Positions 35,872 through 42,352 of a stretch of 64,000 nucleotides of DNA are shown here, piece by piece (the first letter of the stretch is position 1; every line of letters begins with the position of its first letter). Source of the stretch: Lysobacter sp. Lineage in GTDB: Bacteria; Pseudomonadota; Gammaproteobacteria; Xanthomonadales; Xanthomonadaceae. The notes under the pieces were generated by a model. The model saw only the letters and a program-made list of their open reading frames with translations, did no database searches and was not told where the DNA came from. Where the stretch lies: contig JBOHYC010000155.1 of assembly GCA_050737755.1 (NCBI GenBank), forward strand, positions 1,401 to 65,400, in the 5' to 3' direction. The translations under genes and the position numbers were made by a program.

Positions 35872-36138
35872 TCAGGACTTGGCGACGCTGTAAAGCAGCG
35901 CGAGGTTGTCGTTGAACGTCAGGTTGTCTCCGATCGCATCGCCGTTGAGGCCAGGTCGGCCTTGGACGCCAGTCGAGGCGACGCCGATGGTTCGGGAGCG
36001 CTCCGCCACGGTCGCCACGTCCGGATCTCGACTGGGCACCTGCACCGCCGACGCGCGCGCTGTCACCGTGGCGACGTTGCTGCGGCGGTTGACCACGACG
36101 ACCTTCGGCGCCGAGCCGTTGAGCGCGATGGCTGGCAT
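35872..36138 (-). CDS. Small fibre-module protein (88 aa)
   Basis: Coupled ORF; VQGRPGLNGD collagen-like snippet. Confidence 0.65.
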   Translation of the reverse strand: MPAIALNGSAPKVVVVNRRSNVATVTARASAVQVPSRDPDVATVAERSRTIGVASTGVQGRPGLNGDAIGDNLTFNDNLALLYSVAKS

Positions 36139-36551
36139 CAGCGCGTGACCTCGCCGGCGACGCTGATCGACCCCTGCACCAGCGGGATGACGTATTCGGG
36201 TTCCGAGCCCGCCGGCAGGTACAGCTCCAGGCTGTAGGCCAGCTTCACCCGCTTGAGGTTGTCCGGGTTGAGCGCGACGGTGTCCGCCGCCGCTACTCGG
36301 ATCCGCAGTCGACCATCAGCCGCGGTGTCCCAGGCCAGCTTGGGCGCCTCGCCGGTTGTCAGCAGCTCCATCAGCAGCGTGTCGGTGGTCGACAGCCCGT
36401 AGGCGCCGCGCAGCGTCCGCACCTGCATGCGCGCCTCGTAGCCTGTCAGGTCGATGGGCGTGACCTCATCGTCCTCGGTGTAGGTGAACTCGTCCTCCCA
36501 CGTGGCGCCGCGGGTGACCTGCATGCTGTAGCTGGCGGGGGTTCGGCTCAC
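36138..36551 (-). CDS. BppU-N-like / fibre-attachment domain protein (137 aa)
   Basis: RGATW...PIDLTGYEARMQVR motif; GTGA coupling to the o-spanin stop. Confidence 0.65.
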   Translation of the reverse strand: MSRTPASYSMQVTRGATWEDEFTYTEDDEVTPIDLTGYEARMQVRTLRGAYGLSTTDTLLMELLTTGEAPKLAWDTAADGRLRIRVAAADTVALNPDNLKRVKLAYSLELYLPAGSEPEYVIPLVQGSISVAGEVTR

Positions 36552-36934
36552 AGCTTGATCACTCCAGCATCGTCCAGGCGCCGAAGGCACTGGTCGCAGG
36601 CCTTGCGTCGCAGCTCGCAGGTGTTGGCCACGCCGGTCAACGCAGGGATGACCTCCTCGCCCAGGGCATCCCACGCGGCCGGATCGTTAGGGTCCGCTTC
36701 CCACCGGACGCCGGGGTCACCGTCGGACGTGCACGGTAGGAAGCAGATGGGGTTGCACTGCGCCGGCACCGGCTCGGGCCGCTGCAACGGGCAGCCCGCC
36801 AGCAGCAGCGCGATCGCGATGGTCAGCAGCACGCGACAACAATTGCTACTGGAATTCGGCACTGTCGACACCGTAGGCATGACCGACTTGTCGTGCCGAC
36901 GAATCTCAGCGGCAAATGTTGTCGCGCTGCGCAT
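36548..36934 (-). CDS. Outer-membrane spanin-like lipoprotein (Rz1-like); start may be 36880
   Basis: Hydrophobic signal ending in lipobox LLAGC; Pro-rich N-terminus; several Cys; in the lysis region. Confidence 0.7.
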   Translation of the reverse strand: MRSATTFAAEIRRHDKSVMPTVSTVPNSSSNCCRVLLTIAIALLLAGCPLQRPEPVPAQCNPICFLPCTSDGDPGVRWEADPNDPAAWDALGEEVIPALTGVANTCELRRKACDQCLRRLDDAGVIKL

Positions 36935-36936
36935 GG

Positions 36937-37305
36937 TCAGGAGGCGTGGTCGATGCCGAAACGATCGATCCGCTGTTCCAGCGCGCGCAGGTACTTCCGC
37001 ATGGCGGTGAACTGCACGTGCAGAAGATCCCGTTCCGGACCTGGCAACGCCTTGAACACCGGGGTCGACGTGAAGGTCTGCAGCTTGTCGATCTTGTCGA
37101 CCAACGCCGCGGCCTCGCCGATCACGCGCTGCTGGTGCGGCGGCAGGTGCGCAACGTGGCCGATATCGACGTAGGCCGCTTCGAACGCCTCGCGCGGGCT
37201 CCAGCTCGTGTAGCCATCTGCGTACTTCACGGCGTAGCCCGGCTGGCCATCCTTCTCGGCCGGCCAGGCCGTGACGATCTTGGTGCCGATGTACTCGTGC
37301 GTCAT
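36937..37305 (-). CDS. YIGTK-domain + T4 Y16Q/crAss001_48-like (Sequestin-like) fusion protein (122 aa)
   Basis: YIGTK..GY.V.Y.DGY.SWSP...FE.AY followed by PPHQQRV..E...L..K..KL..F....F..L...E..LL..Q...M..Y...LE.RI..F. Confidence 0.75.
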   Translation of the reverse strand: MTHEYIGTKIVTAWPAEKDGQPGYAVKYADGYTSWSPREAFEAAYVDIGHVAHLPPHQQRVIGEAAALVDKIDKLQTFTSTPVFKALPGPERDLLHVQFTAMRKYLRALEQRIDRFGIDHAS

Positions 37306-37565
37306 TGACCCGTCCTCGCTGCCAACCGCTGGTCGGCTGCCCTGAAGTGCACCAACTCGAGCACGCGATCGCGCGCCTGCTCGAACGCGTACGCCTCGCC
37401 GCGGCTCTGGTTGAACTCCGTGCTGGGCGCGCACACCGACTGCCCGGTCACCGTGAAGCCGTTGTCCATCACGAGCTGGCACACCGTGGTGCGTCCGTCG
37501 GGCAGCACCACGTACTTGACGGTCTTGATGGCCGCCAGCGCGTCGTCGATGTTCGGACCGCTCAC
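37302..37565 (-). CDS. N4 Gp49/Sf6 gp66 family protein (Acb4-like sponge candidate, 87 aa)
   Basis: TTVCQLVMDNGFTVTGQSVC....FN...G...A family pattern. Confidence 0.8.
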   Translation of the reverse strand: MSGPNIDDALAAIKTVKYVVLPDGRTTVCQLVMDNGFTVTGQSVCAPSTEFNQSRGEAYAFEQARDRVLELVHFRAADQRLAARTGQ

Positions 37566-37699
37566 AGGAACACCAGCCCCAGCGCTGCCACCCCGAACGC
37601 GACGAACATCGCGGCCTTGGCCAACAGGGCGACGGTGGCGGCGATGGTGCTGTCGATGGTCGCTTCGTCGAAGCGCTCTTGCTGCTCGGAGTTCAGCAT
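37562..37699 (-). CDS. 45-aa membrane peptide
   Basis: Coupled at both ends; C-terminal hydrophobic helix. Confidence 0.55.
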   Translation of the reverse strand: MLNSEQQERFDEATIDSTIAATVALLAKAAMFVAFGVAALGLVFL

Positions 37700-37983
37700 C
37701 AGATGCGTTCCAGCAGGTCCATCAGGCGCTGGTTCAGCCCGATAGCGGCGAGGTGCCGGGACTGGATGCGGTTGCGCAGCTCGGTGCTGTACTCCGGTGC
37801 GGAGGCATCCCCCTTCAGCGTCCCCGTGCCCTGCTGGCTGACCAGCAGCTTCTCCTCCACCTGGTTCAGCAGGTCGAACGAGTGGTTCTGCGCTCGCGCC
37901 AGGTCCTCGAGCTGCGTGACGATGGGGCTCTCGGGGACCGCTGCGGCGTGGGATTGCATGTTGGCTGCGCTGACACTGTTCAC
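37699..37983 (-). CDS. Hypothetical helical protein (86-94 aa)
   Basis: GTGA overlap with the i-spanin stop; alternative ATG at 37959. Confidence 0.6.
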   Translation of the reverse strand: MNSVSAANMQSHAAAVPESPIVTQLEDLARAQNHSFDLLNQVEEKLLVSQQGTGTLKGDASAPEYSTELRNRIQSRHLAAIGLNQRLMDLLERI

Positions 37984-38351
37984 TTGCGTTGCTCCGGGTT
38001 GCGGCCACGAAGGCCCTGGTTGACTGCGTCCATACGGGCCTGACCCGGCGCGCACTGCTGTGGCAGCGGCGCAGCCTTGGCGGCCTCGCGGTAGATGACT
38101 CGGGTAGTGCGTCCGCGCTCGGCGATCGCCTGCAGGTCAGTGATCAGCTCGGCGTCGTCGCGGTTGCGGCCTTCGGCCAGCTCCGCAGCCTGCTCGATCG
38201 CGCGGACCAGCTCGCGGTTCTCGTCTCGCAGCGGCGCGGTGATCGCGCGCTTCCACTGCCAGACGTTGAGCGCGGCAAGCGCGAGGCAGACCAGCAGCAG
38301 GATCACCACCCACTGCCAGGCAGCCCACCATGCGGAGAGCTTCGCGATCAC
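37980..38351 (-). CDS. Inner-membrane spanin (Rz-like, 123 aa)
   Basis: N-terminal TM helix, periplasmic coiled coil, C-terminal Cys; downstream of the endolysin. Confidence 0.75.
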   Translation of the reverse strand: MIAKLSAWWAAWQWVVILLLVCLALAALNVWQWKRAITAPLRDENRELVRAIEQAAELAEGRNRDDAELITDLQAIAERGRTTRVIYREAAKAAPLPQQCAPGQARMDAVNQGLRGRNPEQRK

Positions 38352-38518
38352 AGCTCGCGGCCGTCGTGGTTGCCGCCCAGGCACTCGGTGATCTGCGAGC
38401 ACTCGCGCCGGCGCCGCGCCATCTCGCTGACGCTCGGTACGGCCCCGTGCTGCTCGGCGCTATCCCGCTCCGGTGGGGTGTCTACCTCGGCCTCGACGGC
38501 CTCGAGCAGCTGGTTCAC
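38348..38518 (-). CDS. Small hypothetical protein (56 aa)
   Basis: GTGA overlaps at both ends. Confidence 0.45.
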   Translation of the reverse strand: MNQLLEAVEAEVDTPPERDSAEQHGAVPSVSEMARRRRECSQITECLGGNHDGREL

Positions 38519-38640
38519 AGCAACGCTCCGACCATCGGCGTCACGAAGATCGACCACTGCTCGAACGTCGCGTAGCCCAGCACCACCAGAACGCCGGCAC
38601 CTGCCGCCAGCCCGACGGCGATCTTCTGCTTGGTGGTCAT
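38515..38640 (-). CDS. 41-aa hydrophobic microprotein (pinholin/antiholin candidate)
   Basis: MTTKQKIAVGLAAGAGVLVVLGYATFEQWSIFVTPMVGALL; ATGA overlap with the endolysin stop; below the ORF-track cutoff. Confidence 0.65.
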   Translation of the reverse strand: MTTKQKIAVGLAAGAGVLVVLGYATFEQWSIFVTPMVGALL

Positions 38641-39209
38641 CGCGGGAGCTCCCCTGTGACGCACAGCTGGTATTCGGCCTGCCGGCGATTGGCCAGGCCG
38701 CGCACGAATTTGTATTCCGGGCGGCCGTTGACCGTCCTACCGGTCTTCACGTAGCTCCAGACGGGCTTTCCCCCGTCCGACACGTAGATGCGCCTGCAGC
38801 CCAGTTGCCACTCCCCGCGGTTCCACGCCTTCATCGCCGCGCTGCCGCAGGTGGCACTGACGCCGTTGTTCCAGGCATGCGACGTGGCTGCATCGAACAC
38901 GCGCTGCGGCGGGTTGCGGTCGAAGCAACGCACCAGGTTCGTCTGGACCTTGGTCACTGCGGCGCGCTCTTCGCGCTCGCACTTCTCGGCCGACCAGGTC
39001 TCACCGACCACGATGGGCGTGGTCGTGATGTGGCGGGTCAGCCCTTTGCACACTGTCGGCAGCCCGTGGGCCAGCTTGTCGGCGTAGACGACGAACTCGC
39101 CCTCGCCTTCCCAGCGGCCCAAGAACGCCATCACCATCGCCGATGCCAGTACCAGGCCAGCGGCGACTCCAGTCGCCTTGCTCTTGCCCTTCGACCTCGC
39201 CGCGGTCAT
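38637..39209 (-). CDS. SAR-type endolysin, GH24 lysozyme (190 aa)
   Basis: N-terminal Gly/Ala-rich SAR helix; WEG..VYADKL..GLPTVC.G catalytic E/D/T region; GL.NRR..E. Confidence 0.9.
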   Translation of the reverse strand: MTAARSKGKSKATGVAAGLVLASAMVMAFLGRWEGEGEFVVYADKLAHGLPTVCKGLTRHITTTPIVVGETWSAEKCEREERAAVTKVQTNLVRCFDRNPPQRVFDAATSHAWNNGVSATCGSAAMKAWNRGEWQLGCRRIYVSDGGKPVWSYVKTGRTVNGRPEYKFVRGLANRRQAEYQLCVTGELPR

Positions 39210-39760
39210 GTCACCACCCGCCTGATCACGCCCAGCCATTGCTTCGCCGGCGGGGCTTCGGGGATCGGCGTCGCGATCGCATCGACGGTGAACTCCTCTC
39301 CGTCGGCATCGATCATCCGGTACCGCATGCTGTAGACCCGGTGCTCCTCACGGCACGAGTCCCATTCCCGTCGTACGGCCAGCCGGTCCTCCGGGTGCAG
39401 GAAGTTCACCCAGTTCCACCCCAGCAGCTCCGCCTTGCCCACGCCCAGCCAGCGGGCGTAGGTCAGGTTCGCGTACGTGTTGGCGCCGGTGGCATCGGCT
39501 TCGAACTCCGCCTGCTCGATGTTCACGTCGCCACGAGCGCGCACTTGCATTGCCAACATGCCGATCGACTTGCGGACATCCGCCACGTCAGAGCGCAGCG
39601 CCGGTACCTCAGACATGCCCTCGAACCCGGCGCGGTAAGGGGCCCACCAGCGGCGTAGCTTCTTCCTGAAGAAGAGCCACACCGCGGCGCCGGCGGATGC
39701 CAGGCTTCCGAGCAAGGTCACTGCCCCGATCGCAATGTCGATGAAGGAGGCAAGTTCCAC
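39206..39760 (-). CDS. Single-TM PAS-domain protein in the holin position (184 aa)
   Basis: TM at aa ~8-31 followed by RKKLRR; PAS motif YAN..Y.RWLG....ELLG.NW.NFLHPEDR....REW......Y...YR. Confidence 0.85.
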   Translation of the reverse strand: MELASFIDIAIGAVTLLGSLASAGAAVWLFFRKKLRRWWAPYRAGFEGMSEVPALRSDVADVRKSIGMLAMQVRARGDVNIEQAEFEADATGANTYANLTYARWLGVGKAELLGWNWVNFLHPEDRLAVRREWDSCREEHRVYSMRYRMIDADGEEFTVDAIATPIPEAPPAKQWLGVIRRVVT

Positions 39761-39777
39761 TGGATCCCCTGGGGCAG

Positions 39778-39810
39778 AAACAACGAAGCCCCGGCGCGAG
39801 CCAGGGCTTC
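39778..39810 (-). terminator. Terminator upstream of the lysis cassette (tR'-like)
   Basis: Minus strand GAAGCCCTGG..CCGGGGCTTC followed by GTTGTTT. Confidence 0.65.
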
Positions 39811-39824
39811 AGGTGATTGGTCGG

Positions 39825-39864
39825 GCCGCCCCGCTCGGAACTCCCACGAAACGAGCGGTGCGGC
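39825..39864 (-). promoter_or_regulatory. 12-bp hairpin with GGGAG in its loop (late leader)
   Basis: GCCGC-A-CCGCTCG / CGAGCGG-G-GCGGC on the minus strand. Confidence 0.5.
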
Positions 39865-39979
39865 GCCGGTTGGATCAGTGCCCTCTGCCAGCGCCACCAT
39901 CCCAGACTGATGTTCTACGGGTCACAATCGTTCCCGCGCAACTGTGGTGCTGGTGTGGATCATTTTTTCGCCAGATTCC

Positions 39980-40022
39980 TCCACATGTGGAAGGAAACCA
40001 CCTCCAAATCTCCACATGTGGA
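39980..40022. repeat. Two copies of the palindrome TCCACATGTGGA (operator-like)
   Basis: Copies at 39980-39991 and 40011-40022, 31 bp apart. Confidence 0.8.
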
Positions 40023-40149
40023 AGCGGTCACGTCATCGATTCGTTGCCCACCACGACCTCCTCGCCCGCCAAGCCGGCTTAACAATCCTTACCTCGCCAA
40101 CTCCCGCGTGTAGGGAAACCCCTGACTGCCGCAACTGAATCGTTCACCT

Positions 40150-40256
40150 AAAATCCCGCGGCCAGCAGCGATGCTTCCCCGGCATCGTGCCCCGTGTCTT
40201 CCTAGTGTTTCCCCGACACCTTCCCGGGGCCGCTGGCCTTCGTCCCTTCCGCAAGG
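40150..40256 (-). ncRNA. Candidate GGA-loop hairpin array (Csr/Rsm-site-like)
   Basis: 7 GGA in ~105 nt; two hairpins with the identical loop CGGGGAA. Confidence 0.4.
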
Positions 40257-40274
40257 CTGCAATGCGCACCGGCA

Positions 40275-41177
40275 TCAGGCCGCCTTGCGGTGCTCGTAGT
40301 ACGGGTGCTGCTTGTCGTCGAAGATTGCGTAGAGCGGCTCGAGCTCGCCCGCCTTGGGGTTGAGCCACGCGTCGACGTGTTCGGGCCTGATGTTGATGAT
40401 CGTGCGATCGTGTCCGGCCGCGGCGACTTCCGGCTCGGGCTCGTCGGTGATGGCTGCGAACGACAGCAGCTCGCCGGCGGCGCCGGTCCAACGCGACCAC
40501 AGGCACGCGATCAGCATCGGCTCGCCAGACTTCGGTGCGAACTCCAGCACCGCATTGCCATCCGGCGTCTCGACGTTCTCGTAGAAGCGGTCCGCGATCA
40601 TCAGCGCGTGCGAGTGGCTAAACAGCGGCTTCCAGAAGCCTTCCAAGCTGTCGCGCCGCGCGTTGTACGTGCCAGGGAACTTGCGGTCGTAGAACTCCGG
40701 CTTGCCGGCGGGCCGGCACTGGTAGCGCATCGGCTTGATCACCCTTCGGCCGTCCTCCCAGACCATCACCGGGGCGAACATGCCCGGGTAGATCCGCGAG
40801 TCGCGCGGCTTGTCATCGGTGCGCTTCAGGTTCGCCAGCCGGTCCTTGATCTGCTCGATCTTGTTGCCGGCAATGCGCTGGTCGTTCTCCGCCTTCTTCG
40901 TGACCTTGGTCTGCAGCGCGCGCTCGGCATCGGCGAGGCGCTTCTTCTGCTTGAACAGCTCCTGCTCGAGGCCTGCGATCTCGGCGCCGTGGATCTCCCG
41001 TACCAGGTCCGCGATCGCGCCGCCCTTGAATGCCACGTCCATGGCCTTCGGGGTTTTCAGCTTGTCGCCCTGGCGCTTCTTGACGTACAGCTCATGGAAC
41101 ACCGCGATGTCGATGTCGGCGCCGTAGTGGCGCACATACTTCTCGTAGTCCGCCCAGACCTGAGCCGAATAGCACAT
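40275..41177 (-). CDS. SOS response-associated peptidase (SRAP/YedK/HMCES family, 300 aa)
   Basis: N-terminal MCY (Cys2), TYNARRDSL, FYE, GHDR. Confidence 0.9.
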   Translation of the reverse strand: MCYSAQVWADYEKYVRHYGADIDIAVFHELYVKKRQGDKLKTPKAMDVAFKGGAIADLVREIHGAEIAGLEQELFKQKKRLADAERALQTKVTKKAENDQRIAGNKIEQIKDRLANLKRTDDKPRDSRIYPGMFAPVMVWEDGRRVIKPMRYQCRPAGKPEFYDRKFPGTYNARRDSLEGFWKPLFSHSHALMIADRFYENVETPDGNAVLEFAPKSGEPMLIACLWSRWTGAAGELLSFAAITDEPEPEVAAAGHDRTIINIRPEHVDAWLNPKAGELEPLYAIFDDKQHPYYEHRKAA

Positions 41178-41207
41178 AGGGACCTCCTGCAGGCTGTTGG
41201 CCCGAGT

Positions 41208-41453
41208 CTACGTCTGGCGCTCCGAAGCATCCATGTAGCCCAACTCAATCAGGATTTCGTCGATCAGCATGTGCGCCGAGCCCAGGGCGTCGTCGCTCAG
41301 CTCTGCCGCGTCATCGATGATGCAATCGGCCGCACCGGAGAACTCAGGCATGAACTGCGCCGGGTCCGGGTCCTCGGCCTTCCATTGTTCCGCGCTCAGG
41401 CGAAGCTCCGCGATGCGGGCTTGAATGGCGGTCCATTGGTCGTTGTCTTGCAT
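41208..41453 (-). CDS. Acidic hypothetical protein (81 aa)
   Basis: GGAGG RBS before ATG 41453. Confidence 0.7.
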   Translation of the reverse strand: MQDNDQWTAIQARIAELRLSAEQWKAEDPDPAQFMPEFSGAADCIIDDAAELSDDALGSAHMLIDEILIELGYMDASERQT

Positions 41454-41506
41454 GGTGGCCTCCACTTCGGGAGCGGGATCATAGCGCCGAGCCGGTTCGC
41501 CGGGTG

Positions 41507-42028
41507 TCACCAGCCGCGCATGCGACGCTGGAAGTCGCGGCGGCCATCGTTCAGCGCCTCCTGCAGCACCGCGCTGGCGCACTTGTGCAGGGCGATGTAG
41601 CTGGTCAGGCGCATCTTGCTGTCCTTGGCCAAGTCCTTCATCGGCCGGCGCCGTTCCGGCCACACCAGTTCCGTCGCCGCGTCATACACCGCCATGCGCA
41701 CGCGCCAGCGGTCTGCAGCAACGCCCAGGTCAACCGGCTGCGGCCGCATCTGACGCACGGCCCGGATCACGCGACGGTAGGCCAACAGCGACAGCTTCGC
41801 GATCTCGTGCTTACCCGCGCGTGTGACAACGGCGACCACCGCCTTCTGCTCGAGCGGATCCCGCATGTAGCCGACGGCCGCGGCTACGTCGCTGGCGCGC
41901 AGCGGCTCGCCCTTGCCGCCCTGGGCCGGCACGCGATAGCTGCCGCCCACCAGGAACTTGGCGATCACCTCAAGCGGGTCGCGAGCGTCCTTGGTGTATG
42001 GATCCTTCGCCTCACGCCGTCGTGCCAT
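41507..42028 (-). CDS. Putative Q-like late antiterminator/activator (173 aa)
   Basis: Basic helical protein at the end of the early-right operon, before the late genes; call is positional. Confidence 0.55.
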   Translation of the reverse strand: MARRREAKDPYTKDARDPLEVIAKFLVGGSYRVPAQGGKGEPLRASDVAAAVGYMRDPLEQKAVVAVVTRAGKHEIAKLSLLAYRRVIRAVRQMRPQPVDLGVAADRWRVRMAVYDAATELVWPERRRPMKDLAKDSKMRLTSYIALHKCASAVLQEALNDGRRDFQRRMRGW

Positions 42029-42046
42029 TGGGTCCCCCTCGCCGGC

Positions 42047-42316
42047 TCATACCTTCCATCCTTCCTGCTGCGCGCCGAGGCGGTGCAGTTTTTCGTTGCT
42101 CAGGCCCAAGTGCTTGGCTATCGCGGTCACTTGCCATGGCTGTAGCGCGCGCTTTCCCCGCGACTTGCTCAACCGCGCGCGGATCGTGTTGGGCTTCATG
42201 CCTGCGATGGGAGCGAGCTCGCCCAGGGTGATGTTCAATTCCTCGCAGCGCAGCTTCACCCGCCCGGCGAGCGTGTCGCCGGTCAGTGCAGCGTGCATGG
42301 CCTTCGAGCGGGCCAT
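42047..42316 (-). CDS. XRE-like HTH protein (89 aa)
   Basis: ITLGELAPIAGMKPNTIRARL helix-turn-helix pattern. Confidence 0.7.
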   Translation of the reverse strand: MARSKAMHAALTGDTLAGRVKLRCEELNITLGELAPIAGMKPNTIRARLSKSRGKRALQPWQVTAIAKHLGLSNEKLHRLGAQQEGWKV

Positions 42317-42352
42317 TACCCCGGAAACCTACCCGAGGCTGGGGGCGAGGCC

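Noticed and set aside
39718-40138. Short ORFs in the late-leader region
   Set aside because: No RBS or coupling and implausible products; the region is better explained as regulatory
39980-40256. CRISPR mini-array
   Set aside because: Only two 12-bp palindromes, no regular repeat-spacer series and no cas genes
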